DNA from: Rhodospirillales bacterium
Lineage (GTDB): Bacteria > Pseudomonadota > Alphaproteobacteria > Rhodospirillales > Casp-alpha2
Length of the DNA stretch: 64,000 nucleotides
NCBI GenBank assembly: GCA_017640505.1
Contig: JAEPQO010000001.1
Location: 262,625 to 326,624 of the forward strand
Direction: 5' to 3'
Part shown: piece by piece, positions 40,865 through 49,787 of the stretch
How positions within the stretch are numbered: the first letter of the stretch is position 1
How the letters are laid out: each line of letters begins with the position of its first letter
The notes under the pieces: model-generated
Told to the model about the DNA's origin: nothing
The model's database searches: none
Seen by the model: the letters and a program-made list of their open reading frames with translations, nothing else
Position numbers and translations under genes: made by a program

Positions 40865-42364
40865 TCAGACATCGAAATCCGCGGATAAACGTACGGGCGA
40901 CAAAGCGTTGCGCCACGCCGTCATATTGCGCGCGCGAGGATCGCGAACACGATCCGGCTCCGCGAGCCGCACCGGTTCCGAAAGCAGGCAACCAGCCACC
41001 GCATCAAGTCCGTCGTCGCGGCCGTTGCCACCCGGCTGCCATTCGCGCATTTCACGGATGAACGGACTGTCCCAGACGCGACGATGCGCGTTCAGGCGAC
41101 CCGCCGCAAGAACCGCATCGAATGCTTCGAGAATCCTTTCGCTCTTTCCCCGGCTGGACGCATGCTCAATCACTGCCGTCGCCAAGCCCGCGCGGTTCAA
41201 TTCGCGACGGAACAACCCTGGTAGAAACCGGCCGATACCATTTGTTTCGATGGTGACCGCCGGCACGAAATGCCGGCGCGCAAACGAGACTGCCTGCCGA
41301 CAAAGCTGCGTCGCCTCATCGATCCTGTCGACTATCGCAGGATTGTGCGTCAGGTATTCGATCCCGTGCAGCCAATACCCACCTTCCTGATCGGTAAAGA
41401 CGGCGGCGATTACGCTGGCATCGCCTTTGCCTGGCCGGCCGAAGCTCGGGTCCCAGAAACACGACGCCGAGATCAGCCGGCGTTCGTCAAGCCGCAGCAA
41501 AGGCTCGCCATTTCCCTCCCGGTACTCAAGCCTGCCTTCGTAAGGAATGATCCGATCCGGGTCGAGCCGCGAATCGACCACGTTCGTCGGTTCCAGCATC
41601 ATCTGCGATGCAAACTTCGCCGGCCCCGAACGCCGGCGGATCGCCTCGATTCTCTCCGCCGGGAACCGATCCGGCCAGCGCGTATCGCCCGTTTCGTCGT
41701 AGATGGGCAACGTAAGCCGCGTAAAACCGGCAAGGTAGGCAGCACTCTCGCCGGTTTCCGGCCGCGCACGATCTGCATAGACGGAGTAGTAAGTGTGCGG
41801 CGTTCCGACAAACAATCGCAAGCCTCCGGGCACGAGGATAAAATCGATCTCATCGAGACGTTCGCGCAGTTCCTCGCGTTTAAACGCCGTATCGCATGTA
41901 TTGGGAACTTCAACGTCATCGCAGATGACCACATCAGCGCGCGATCCCGTCACGTTGGCACCGATTCCCTTGGCAAGCATCGACGGATCACGCTGCTCGC
42001 GTCCTCTGTTGACCGTGAAGCGGTCCGACGCCCACTCTTCGGTCCGTGCAGGCCGGAGCCCTACGGACAGCGGGTGGCGCTCAAGAATACGACGAACGTT
42101 TCGCACCATCTTCTGCGCCAACTGATGATCCGCAGCCAGCACCATAATTCTGATTTCCGGGTCACATACCAGGAGCCAAGCAGCAAACAGACCCACCAAC
42201 GTCGACTTTCCGGAATTCCGGAATGCCATCAGCAATAACTCGCGATCCCCTTCGCGCCAGCGATCTTCGAGCCAAGCAGCGATTTCGAAATGAAGGTCCG
42301 GCGTGCTTAGTCTCTGAACGTCGTTCCAGGCAGCCAGAAACACAAGGAACGACGGCTGTTTCAT
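40865..42364 (-). CDS. phage terminase large subunit
   Basis: 499 aa. Walker A-like AFRNSGKST, Walker B-like ADVVICDDVE, C-terminal nuclease-sized domain. ATGA overlap with the upstream ORF. Confidence 0.75.
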   Translation of the reverse strand: MKQPSFLVFLAAWNDVQRLSTPDLHFEIAAWLEDRWREGDRELLLMAFRNSGKSTLVGLFAAWLLVCDPEIRIMVLAADHQLAQKMVRNVRRILERHPLSVGLRPARTEEWASDRFTVNRGREQRDPSMLAKGIGANVTGSRADVVICDDVEVPNTCDTAFKREELRERLDEIDFILVPGGLRLFVGTPHTYYSVYADRARPETGESAAYLAGFTRLTLPIYDETGDTRWPDRFPAERIEAIRRRSGPAKFASQMMLEPTNVVDSRLDPDRIIPYEGRLEYREGNGEPLLRLDERRLISASCFWDPSFGRPGKGDASVIAAVFTDQEGGYWLHGIEYLTHNPAIVDRIDEATQLCRQAVSFARRHFVPAVTIETNGIGRFLPGLFRRELNRAGLATAVIEHASSRGKSERILEAFDAVLAAGRLNAHRRVWDSPFIREMREWQPGGNGRDDGLDAVAGCLLSEPVRLAEPDRVRDPRARNMTAWRNALSPVRLSADFDV

Positions 42365-42735
42365 AATGGTGGCTCCTTTTCTTCTTTTGCTGTTTTCGGG
42401 TTTGAATATGCATCGACGCTGGCTTCGGCTCGGGCAACGATCGAAGCGGTGTCGGCGTTCCCGGCATCCCGCTGACCGAACGTCGCGTCCGCAGAGGCGG
42501 CCAGTTTCATGAGCGCCTCGATATGCTGTAGTGCGGCCTTACACGCTGCCTGATGTTGCTGAAACTCCTTTGCATCAGACGGTGGTTCGGCAAACGCTAC
42601 ACTCCGGTAGTTCTGAACTGCATGCCGAATGGATGCCGGTAAAAATTTACGCAACGCGCCCACGCCAACTTCAATCGGAGACTTCCGCGGCCCGCGAAAT
42701 CGCGGATGCTGATCTTGTGACGGCATGGGCATCAC
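42361..42735 (-). CDS. hypothetical protein in the terminase-small-subunit position
   Basis: 124 aa immediately 5' of the large terminase with overlapping stop/start codons on both sides. Positional inference only. Confidence 0.3.
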   Translation of the reverse strand: MMPMPSQDQHPRFRGPRKSPIEVGVGALRKFLPASIRHAVQNYRSVAFAEPPSDAKEFQQHQAACKAALQHIEALMKLAASADATFGQRDAGNADTASIVARAEASVDAYSNPKTAKEEKEPPL

Positions 42736-43217
42736 CAGGTAATCTGATCGGCGTGGCCTGTTCCTTTGGCAGGGGCGTCGATGCTTGAAAGCACTTTCCC
42801 ACCTGTGCCGATAACAGAATTCAGGATGCTGTTTCTCGTCTCCAGAAGGTTCAGCCGCTGTTGCGCTCTTTGGTTCTCACGCAAACTTTCGATGTTGAAA
42901 TCGAGAGCTCTACGGTCGTCAGCAATTGCATCATCAGTGTCGGCCTGAATTCCCTGAAGTAACGCGTTTGCGGACCCGCCGGTAGACGACACACCTCGCG
43001 CACCGAATGACGCACGAGCTGTCGCCTGGTTGCGTTTGGCCTGCTCGCGCATTTCCTTTTCGCGCCGCTGTTGCTCCATGCGTCTCGCCTGAACCTGCCG
43101 GTTCGTCGCAGCCTGCTGTGCACGTTGCTGGGCACGCGCCTGAGATTTGGCCTGCACAGCACCAACGGCGGTCGATACTGCAGACATCACGATTCCAGTT
43201 GTGACCGGATCACCCAT
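42732..43217 (-). CDS. hypothetical virion protein (coiled-coil, Q/R-rich)
   Basis: 161 aa. Hydrophobic N-terminus (TTGIVMSAVSTAVGAV), then a Q/R/A-rich helix. Occupies the position of T7 gp13/14-type small internal proteins. Confidence 0.35.
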   Translation of the reverse strand: MGDPVTTGIVMSAVSTAVGAVQAKSQARAQQRAQQAATNRQVQARRMEQQRREKEMREQAKRNQATARASFGARGVSSTGGSANALLQGIQADTDDAIADDRRALDFNIESLRENQRAQQRLNLLETRNSILNSVIGTGGKVLSSIDAPAKGTGHADQITW

Positions 43218-43241
43218 TACTCTCTCCTTCTCGTCGTCAAA

Positions 43242-45140
43242 TTAACCGTTGGCGGAAATTTTCGTGGCTACAGACAATAGTGTGAATGGCAACGGTACAT
43301 CCTGACGAACCGACCACATCGGTTCGGGTCCAACCGTCCGCCAACCGAGCGCGCGGACGGTCTTATCGCCGGTGAAGGTCGTCACCGGCTGATCCAGCAA
43401 AGACGCACCCAATGACTGAAAGGGGATCGCTTTGTAGCCGCGTCCGACATCAAGCGAAAGCGCCGCCGTATTCTGAAGCCGCAACGTTACAGAGATCGGA
43501 CGCACCTTTGTGCCAAGGCCACTGTTTACGGCGGAGAGGATTGGCGGCATCGGTTCGACAATGTGCTCATAGGCAAGACCGGCCTCAACCTTCGATGCGT
43601 CATAGACCAGTGTAATCTCGCCCGAGGAAACCGACGCGTCATCACGTGGAGACCCATCGGCGAGAACGCTCAATGTCCGACCTTCGAGATGAGAATAACC
43701 TGCCCACGTATCAGTTGCGGTTTCTTGGGTAGCGGCAATGGCACTATCAGTAGACAGGATGTCGTCGAACCGCTCGATCAAAACGTCTTCGTCACGCTCG
43801 ATCAGCAGATACGTATCGCCGCCGACAATGGCGACAGATAGAAAGCTGCCAGCTGTCGTTTGCACCGACCAAGCATTGACTTTTTCCGCACGATAAACCG
43901 TGAGCGTTCCAAGAGTTCCATCTCCCATTACCACATGCAGCAGTCGGCCTGCGTTGTCATAATCCTGATCGACCGGTGCATTGATGAGATGCTGTGCCGT
44001 GGTCGCAAGGTCGGTCGCCTGATATGCCTGCTCCACGTCTGCAAACAGGAACTCGCGGATGCCCGATCCATCCCGCGGCACAAAAATTGTCGCGCCGTCC
44101 ACGTCCCTCGGCGGCACCGATCTGTCGACCGGTGAGCCGATCCGCGTCTGTCGTTTAAGCTGCAGATTCTGCGGCGTTAACGGCTCGCCCGTCACCATCC
44201 ACTCTGCACCGGACGTGAAGACCTGAAGATGCCGGCCGGAGAACACGGCGCGAATGGCATTGACCTGATCGGACAGGATCGCGAACTCGATCGCTTCGTC
44301 ATCAAGTCCTTCGCCAAGATCAAAATTAAACAGGTCGGCGGATTTCGATATCCAGAGCCGGTTTGGCAAATCACGTGACCCACCGATAACCAGCCGGTCT
44401 TGGTGGAAACAGACGGACGACGGCCAGCCGCGATAGGAGGAGAACGCCTGTTCTTCCCAATCCTTTGTTGCGGCGGTGCCCGAAAGCGTTTCCTTGACCG
44501 TCGCGGTCGCAGATGTGGCGGATGCAACAGCGGTAATCTCGACTTCCTTGTTGCCGATCCGCAGACGACCGCCGACGTGTCCTGCATCGAACGCATCGGC
44601 GGACGCCGTCAACGTAATCGATCCTGACGTTGTGCTTGGCGTAAGCGTTATCGCTTCGTCCGCAAACTTGTGATGAGGCTGCTGAATGCGGTCGTCTTTC
44701 TCGAGAAACGTCCACGTATCAATGGCCCAGTCAGTATGCGATGTTCGCGTGATCTTGCGGGGCTCGATATCCGGATGAACCACGAATAGCGTATCCGCGC
44801 TCTGCACCCATTTGATCTCGGCAACCTGGGCTTCGGTCCAAGGCGTCGCGAAATCAGCGACCTGCTCACCGTCCTTATAGACATCCAGGTGTCCGTCAGT
44901 GAAGGCGAGCAGGTAGACCTGTTCAGTATTGAATTCGAACGCAACCAGTCGGCCGGCACCACGTGCAGTGTCGACATAGCGTAGGCCGGGTCTGCGTGTC
45001 ACGCCGCCCGTCGGATGGATGAACACATTTCGTAGTTTGCCTGCACCGTTGGCATAGGTTCGGAGATCGCCCCGGCCCAACAGGCGCGGCGAAATTTCGC
45101 CCCCTGTGAAGTTGGATTTATCGATGTTTATATGAACCAT
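43242..45140 (-). CDS. tail tubular protein B (T7 gp12-like)
   Basis: The N-terminus NFTGGEISPRLLGRGDLRTYANGAGKLRNVFIHPTGGVTRRPGLRYV parallels T7 gp12 LKGGISQQPDILRY.DQG..QVNGW....GLQKRPPL. It is followed by VAFEFNTEQVYLLAFTDG (compare INRDEHEQYYAVFTG). 632 aa. Confidence 0.65.
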   Translation of the reverse strand: MVHINIDKSNFTGGEISPRLLGRGDLRTYANGAGKLRNVFIHPTGGVTRRPGLRYVDTARGAGRLVAFEFNTEQVYLLAFTDGHLDVYKDGEQVADFATPWTEAQVAEIKWVQSADTLFVVHPDIEPRKITRTSHTDWAIDTWTFLEKDDRIQQPHHKFADEAITLTPSTTSGSITLTASADAFDAGHVGGRLRIGNKEVEITAVASATSATATVKETLSGTAATKDWEEQAFSSYRGWPSSVCFHQDRLVIGGSRDLPNRLWISKSADLFNFDLGEGLDDEAIEFAILSDQVNAIRAVFSGRHLQVFTSGAEWMVTGEPLTPQNLQLKRQTRIGSPVDRSVPPRDVDGATIFVPRDGSGIREFLFADVEQAYQATDLATTAQHLINAPVDQDYDNAGRLLHVVMGDGTLGTLTVYRAEKVNAWSVQTTAGSFLSVAIVGGDTYLLIERDEDVLIERFDDILSTDSAIAATQETATDTWAGYSHLEGRTLSVLADGSPRDDASVSSGEITLVYDASKVEAGLAYEHIVEPMPPILSAVNSGLGTKVRPISVTLRLQNTAALSLDVGRGYKAIPFQSLGASLLDQPVTTFTGDKTVRALGWRTVGPEPMWSVRQDVPLPFTLLSVATKISANG

Positions 45141-45709
45141 TACGAACGCACCTCTACGAGCGAAAAATCCTCGAGATGAACCGACGATTCCTGCTGACCA
45201 TCGATGATCTTGGCCTGCTGAAAACCGCTTTCAGCAAGCCGCGTCAGCACCTCTGAACGCGTTGTGCTGTCGGTCAGTGGGATGCAGAATTCCGCCGCCA
45301 AACGCACAATCAGCGCCTGGTCAAAGAACGGCGGGAAAGTTTGCTCGTCGGGCCGGAAAATATAGGTCAGCGTCACTTGTGACGCGTCGGTGTGCAAACG
45401 CCGCTCGGCGATGCGGTAATCGATCCCGCGGCCGCGACCGCCAACACCGGCTGAAAGGACACGCAGGAAATCACTCGGCAACTGATATGCGTAAGCATAA
45501 TCGGCGACCGGTTCCGCAGCGAGGCGCGCAAGGCTGATTTGTCCTGTTGCGAAACTCCATGGATATGCCGACAGAAGCGCATCGCGGGTCGGGCCGTAAA
45601 GGCTTGCCGCGACTTCTGCCTCGGCAGTACCGTCCTCGAACGAGGTAATGCTGTCCGCCCCCAGCTTCATGAGCGCGCGCGAACAAAGCGCGATACTGGT
45701 AAGAGCCAT
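45140..45709 (-). CDS. tail tubular protein A (T7 gp11-like)
   Basis: Start trimmed to ATG 45709 after AAGGAG. CSRALMKLGADSITSFEDGTAEAEVAASLY...YPWSFA parallels T7 gp11 [26 protein letters not shown]...RGWTFN. 189 aa versus 196 aa in T7. TAATG overlap with the gp12-like gene. Confidence 0.6.
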   Translation of the reverse strand: MALTSIALCSRALMKLGADSITSFEDGTAEAEVAASLYGPTRDALLSAYPWSFATGQISLARLAAEPVADYAYAYQLPSDFLRVLSAGVGGRGRGIDYRIAERRLHTDASQVTLTYIFRPDEQTFPPFFDQALIVRLAAEFCIPLTDSTTRSEVLTRLAESGFQQAKIIDGQQESSVHLEDFSLVEVRS

Positions 45710-45740
45710 CGTCTTCACTCCTTTGATGATGTCGGGACAT

Positions 45741-45764
45741 AAAAAAAGCGGCTTAAGCCGCCGG
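45741..45764 (-). terminator. intrinsic terminator after the 497-aa gene
   Basis: Minus-strand GCGGCTTAAGCCGC palindrome (45748-45761) followed by U7 (plus-strand A-run 45741-45747). Confidence 0.65.
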
Positions 45765-45785
45765 GTCGGGAAAATTCGGAAACCT

Positions 45786-47279
45786 TCAGTCCACAAATCC
45801 GAGCATGGAGGCATAAGATGTCGCCAGTTTCTTTGGCCCTGTTTCGACAAGCGCAGAACGAAATGCGTCCGTGGTCTTTGATCCGATAATTCCGTCAACC
45901 GTCAACGGCTCCGGTGCGGGCTGCCGGTGCTCCGCTGCCGCCTTTGCGCTCAGGTCGTTGAGACTTTCCTGTAACGCCTCGGCGGCGATGTTCGGCCGAT
46001 GCGAGGCGAATAAAGGCTGTACGTCTTTTTCAATCGTCTCCCTTAGGCCCGACGCTGATCCGCCGGTGCTCCGTTCCGTCTCTGCAAAACGCTTGAAGCG
46101 GCCAATGCCGAACGCCTCCTCCGCCCCGCCCGCGCCCCGTTTGGCGACGGTGCGTTTCAACGCGGCTTTGGTCTTCGAACCGGAAACGCCGTCGACCTTG
46201 AGGGGCTCCCCTAACAGTGAGAGCCCCGTCTGCAATGCCTTCACCACGTTCGCCTCGCCGTCATCCGCAACGGGCCGGGCGAGTTTGTCTGCGACGCGTT
46301 TCAACGCCCCGGCCACCGGTGCGCCGTCCGGCATTGCTAGGCCCTTCGGTTTCACAGGTACGCTGCGCACCGGTTCAGGTGCGACTAGGCGCCCTGTCTC
46401 ATCAGTCTTCGAAGGCTGGTCGCCATAATTTAAGCGGTAGAAATCCCGGCGGCGGTCTTCGATCTCCAGGCGCTTCGGATCATTGGACGGCAGTTTCCAC
46501 GACCACCCGCCAAGAATCTTGATTTCACGCTCGGTCAAATCGTCAACGTTCTTGAGCATCAGGTCGTCGAGATCGGCCTCAAGCTCGGCCGTGCCGTTGT
46601 CCTTGTTATCGTCGGCGACAATGGCCATGGCCGCTGCGCGCACGGACTCCGGGTAGGTGTCAGACGTCTCGGCCCTCTGCTCTACGTCGGCGCCGAGCTC
46701 TAAGCCCCCATCTGACTGAGAAAGTTCAAGAGGGCTGGCATCCGGCGCACCGTCGCCCTCGGCGTGCGGACCGAAAGGCGCATTTTCCGAATCCCTGAAC
46801 GTCTTGACGTCTTTGTCGACATCGATGATCAGGCCGCGCCGCTGCACCTCATCGCCTGCGCCATAGGGAATGTCGCCCAGGTCGTCCAATTCCTGCTCGG
46901 TGAAGATTTTGTCAATCCGGGTGTCAGCTCCGGATGCATCCAATGCGCCTTGAACGAGGTCGATGCAGTTTTTGCTGAACAGCTGATACTCACCCGGATT
47001 ACCCCGGGCATCGGCAATGTACTTCGCAGCTTTCTCGGCTTGCGTTTTGGTCAACGGAACCGAACGCTCGATCACGCTCGTCCTGCTCTCTCGGGCGGAA
47101 TCGTCGCGCACCGCGCCTGCCGAGCCCCCCATCACCGCACCGGTTTTTCCGAAAACAGTTTCGTCTCGGAGGTACTTGCCGACAATAGGCTGATTGATGC
47201 CCGGCCCGGTCACGCCGACTGAGAAATGGCCAAAACGACCTTCCTTGTCTGCGTAGATCGTCAGCTTATACTCACTCAT
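45786..47279 (-). CDS. putative cell-wall hydrolase: LRAT/NlpC-P60-like N-domain plus two peptidoglycan-binding-like repeats
   Basis: N-terminal His context (RFGHFSVGV) and a YQLFSKNCIDLVQ motif resembling the Y-x-L-x-x-NC-x-x-F catalytic Cys box of LRAT/NlpC-P60 enzymes. C-terminal VKALQTGLSLLGEPLKVDGVSGSKTKAAL and LTVDGIIGSKTTDAF (PG_binding_1-like). Confidence 0.45.
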   Translation of the reverse strand: MSEYKLTIYADKEGRFGHFSVGVTGPGINQPIVGKYLRDETVFGKTGAVMGGSAGAVRDDSARESRTSVIERSVPLTKTQAEKAAKYIADARGNPGEYQLFSKNCIDLVQGALDASGADTRIDKIFTEQELDDLGDIPYGAGDEVQRRGLIIDVDKDVKTFRDSENAPFGPHAEGDGAPDASPLELSQSDGGLELGADVEQRAETSDTYPESVRAAAMAIVADDNKDNGTAELEADLDDLMLKNVDDLTEREIKILGGWSWKLPSNDPKRLEIEDRRRDFYRLNYGDQPSKTDETGRLVAPEPVRSVPVKPKGLAMPDGAPVAGALKRVADKLARPVADDGEANVVKALQTGLSLLGEPLKVDGVSGSKTKAALKRTVAKRGAGGAEEAFGIGRFKRFAETERSTGGSASGLRETIEKDVQPLFASHRPNIAAEALQESLNDLSAKAAAEHRQPAPEPLTVDGIIGSKTTDAFRSALVETGPKKLATSYASMLGFVD

Positions 47280-47456
47280 AGTCTTGTACTCCTTGCGAAA
47301 GGTTACGAATCCGGCGCTGCCCGAAAGGATGGCACACAGGCACCTCTCGGTTCCGGATCAATTAAGTTTTGAAAAATGCGTAGGGCTCACTGGAGCTTCG
47401 AATTTTTCTCTCTGGCCCGTCCATACTCCAGAACAGCGAAACCAAGGAGAGAATTG

Positions 47457-47591
47457 ATGCCTGCTCAAATCGCAATCGGGCGCATACGTGCCATCATCGT
47501 GCCATTTCTCATTATGGCGTTGGTGACAATGTACTTTTTACCACACGCCTACCTCTTGGTAAAAAGCATGGCTACGAATACGCCCAACTAA
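47457..47591 (+). CDS. small single-pass membrane protein (hypothetical)
   Basis: AAGGAGA lies 6 nt before ATG 47457. 44 aa with one hydrophobic helix (AIIVPFLIMALVTMYFL). The only plus-strand candidate inside the cluster, in AT-rich DNA. Confidence 0.3.
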   Translation: MPAQIAIGRIRAIIVPFLIMALVTMYFLPHAYLLVKSMATNTPN

Positions 47592-47837
47592 GAAGTATGG
47601 CGCAACACAACCGGTGCGACAGACCAGATGCTAGGTGCACGTACGGACGTTGATCCAGCAGGCAATATCAGAAAAAAGCATGCCATCGACCAGAAAATGG
47701 ACCGCAATAGGAACCCATAAACTGCCGAACCGGCGATAAAAGAATAATCTGATTGTGTCGGCTCTGTTCGGAGACCCGGCTAAAGCCGCCGCGATGCTGT
47801 ATCATACTTACCTTCGTTTTCCGCCACCGCTGGGTAA

Positions 47838-48221
47838 TCACACACAAACCCAGTTGTCCAAACAAATGCCTGTAACCGGAATGCAGAACCGTTTGTTTGT
47901 TGAATAATACCCGACTGGGCGAGATATTGCTGTCTTCTGTGCCTCTTGCCGCAGACCCCGCCGCTCCTTTCGGCGTGCCGTCGCATCGTGGCGCTCCGTC
48001 TCGCCGCCCGGCTCCATCACGCCATCGACTTGGAGCTCATTGGCTTTCTGATACGCTTTGAAGCCATCGGACATCCGCTCATCCGGATAGGACGTCACGC
48101 CTTAACCGGGCGTCTTGTAGTAGCCGAGCGCCTTGAGTGCCGCCTTGGTCTGAAGTGTATCGTCTTCGTGGATCGGGGCGGGGCGGTCGACGTGACCGTG
48201 GAGTTTCAGAAGTAGGTACAT
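47838..48221 (-). pseudogene. peptidoglycan-binding-module paralog interrupted by an in-frame TAA
   Basis: MYLLLKLHGHVDRPAPIHEDDTLQTKAALKALGYYKTPG-stop(48102-48104)-GVTSYPDERMSDGFKAYQKANELQVDGVMEPGGETE aligns colinearly with the intact paralog at 49061-49669 (…YYKTPTFGMTSWPDEQMFEGIQAFQKAHNLKVDGVMKRGGETE). Confidence 0.7.
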
Positions 48222-48244
48222 ACTGTTTCTGCCTCGGGCTGTAG

Positions 48245-48279
48245 ATATGAAAAGGCCACGCCGATTTCTCGGCATGGCG
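48245..48279 (-). terminator. hairpin plus CUUUUCAUAU box (copy A)
   Basis: Minus-strand GCCAUGCCG-agaaau-CGGCGUGGC (48255-48278), then CUUUUCAUAUC. Lies between the 247-aa gene and the pseudogene. Confidence 0.55.
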
Positions 48280-48309
48280 CATGAGTGCTTCTTGAATTTT
48301 GATTTTCGG

Positions 48310-49053
48310 TCAGTAGACCACGATCTCGTGCCAGTGTGCATCGAACTTACGGCGCACAGTCAATTCATCATCGCCGGGTTCAAGGTACTGATAGAGAAAG
48401 ATCAGAACCTTTTTATCGATTGGAGCAAGCGTCCTTCGGTATGTTCTATCGGGACCGTCGTAAGTCAGGCTTTCGCGATAGATCTGATGATCATTGCGGA
48501 CGCCGAATGACTGGTAGACTTCTTCCAGTAACGTGCTCGCCTGCCCGTGGTCGTCCTGATCTTCATCAACCAAAATGAATACGGTATCAATCTCATCGGT
48601 ATTTGCATCGACGTGAACACATGCGGCACCGTCCACCAGATAGCCAACGAATCGTCCGCAACCAGCCGCTTGCCAAATTCGTTGCATCCCGGATTGGGCG
48701 ATGACGCCGATCAAGGCATCATACTCATCGCGCCTTTCTGTCATAAAAGATGCTTGAAGGCCGACACCTGAAAGCACCTGATTGACCGTTTCAACTGCTT
48801 GGCGTGCAGCTTTCTGCTGGGATGGTGATTCCATAAAAGCAAAATACTTTGGGGATTTTGACCACCGATAAACACTTCCCCGTCCCTCTTTGTTGTCGTA
48901 GGACAGGAGAACCTGCCGCACAAATGCCCAGTCCCGCGCTTTTGCCGTTTCTGGGAATGCCGCAGACGGAGAAAAGACCAGCATGCCGACAATCAATAAG
49001 GCGCACCGCCAGCCCCCCTTCATTCGAAAGTACATGGAAATTTCGTCTGTCAT
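48310..49053 (-). CDS. secreted protein of unknown function (candidate periplasmic partner of the upstream gene)
   Basis: Start taken as ATG 49053, 8 nt after the upstream stop, with TAAGG upstream. Signal peptide KGGWRCALLIVGMLVFSPSAAFP. The ASTLLEEVYQSFGVRNDH segment weakly recalls DUF2927-type lipoproteins, which I could not verify. Confidence 0.45.
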   Translation of the reverse strand: MTDEISMYFRMKGGWRCALLIVGMLVFSPSAAFPETAKARDWAFVRQVLLSYDNKEGRGSVYRWSKSPKYFAFMESPSQQKAARQAVETVNQVLSGVGLQASFMTERRDEYDALIGVIAQSGMQRIWQAAGCGRFVGYLVDGAACVHVDANTDEIDTVFILVDEDQDDHGQASTLLEEVYQSFGVRNDHQIYRESLTYDGPDRTYRRTLAPIDKKVLIFLYQYLEPGDDELTVRRKFDAHWHEIVVY

Positions 49054-49060
49054 CCTTGCC

Positions 49061-49669
49061 TTACATGTCCAGCCACTCATAGGGATCGTAACTTCCGCGA
49101 CCATAAGGAGAATATCGTTTCGGATTGATTCCCATTCCACCACCGCCGCCGCCCCGGAACGGTCTGGCATTCTTGGGGGGCGTCTGGTGGTCTTTTAGCT
49201 TGTCGAGCCTTTGTTTTCGACGGGTCAAGCCGTCCATGTATTTTTTCTTCGCTTCATCCTCAGCCTTGCTGCGCACATAGTTCTCCAGTGCCTCTCCATA
49301 TGAATTCGGCAGATTATTTTCAGTCTTGGCGTTTCGGCGCTCACGTTGAAGCGCGTCCCGTCGATCCTTCCGGCGCCCCGCGGCACCATGCTGAACCCGC
49401 TCAGCAGCCTGCGATCCAGCGAGCCGGATGTTCATCGACTGCTCTGTCTCTCCGCCACGCTTCATTACACCATCCACTTTAAGATTATGCGCTTTCTGGA
49501 ACGCCTGGATACCCTCGAACATCTGCTCATCTGGCCAGGACGTCATTCCAAAAGTCGGTGTCTTGTAATAGCCGAGCGCCTTGAGTGCCGCCTTGGTCTG
49601 GAGTGTGTCGTCTTCGTGGACCTGCGCGGCGCGGTCGATTCGGCCGGCAAGCTTCAGGGGATTGAACAT
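49061..49669 (-). CDS. protein with N-terminal peptidoglycan-binding-like module and charged, Gly-rich C-terminus
   Basis: Start trimmed to ATG 49669 (GAAGGAAA upstream), because the track ORF start 49735 would include the hairpin. TLQTKAALKALGYYKTP...FQKAHNLKVDGVMKRGGETEQ matches the PG_binding_1 pattern. Confidence 0.55.
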   Translation of the reverse strand: MFNPLKLAGRIDRAAQVHEDDTLQTKAALKALGYYKTPTFGMTSWPDEQMFEGIQAFQKAHNLKVDGVMKRGGETEQSMNIRLAGSQAAERVQHGAAGRRKDRRDALQRERRNAKTENNLPNSYGEALENYVRSKAEDEAKKKYMDGLTRRKQRLDKLKDHQTPPKNARPFRGGGGGGMGINPKRYSPYGRGSYDPYEWLDM

Positions 49670-49700
49670 CTCGGATTTCCTTCGGTTGATGAATATGGAA

Positions 49701-49728
49701 GGGCCACGCCGGTTTTTCGGCGTGGCCC
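49701..49728 (-). terminator. 11-bp GC hairpin (copy B of the cassette-junction hairpin)
   Basis: GGGCCACGCCG-5 nt-CGGCGTGGCCC, followed on the minus strand by CUUCCAUAUUCAU, a weak U-tract. Sits after the capsid operon and before the 202-aa gene. Confidence 0.45.
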
Positions 49729-49787
49729 CACCCATATGGGCGCCGGGAAGCCCCGGCAGGCAGTGGCGGCGAACCTGCCGCGCAGGT

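Noticed and set aside
49690-49740. CCATAT(GG) words flanking hairpin copy B as a possible target-site duplication of a MITE-like insertion.
   Set aside because: They are only 6 nt long, are absent from the other hairpin copies, and one of them is part of the shared UUCAUAU box.
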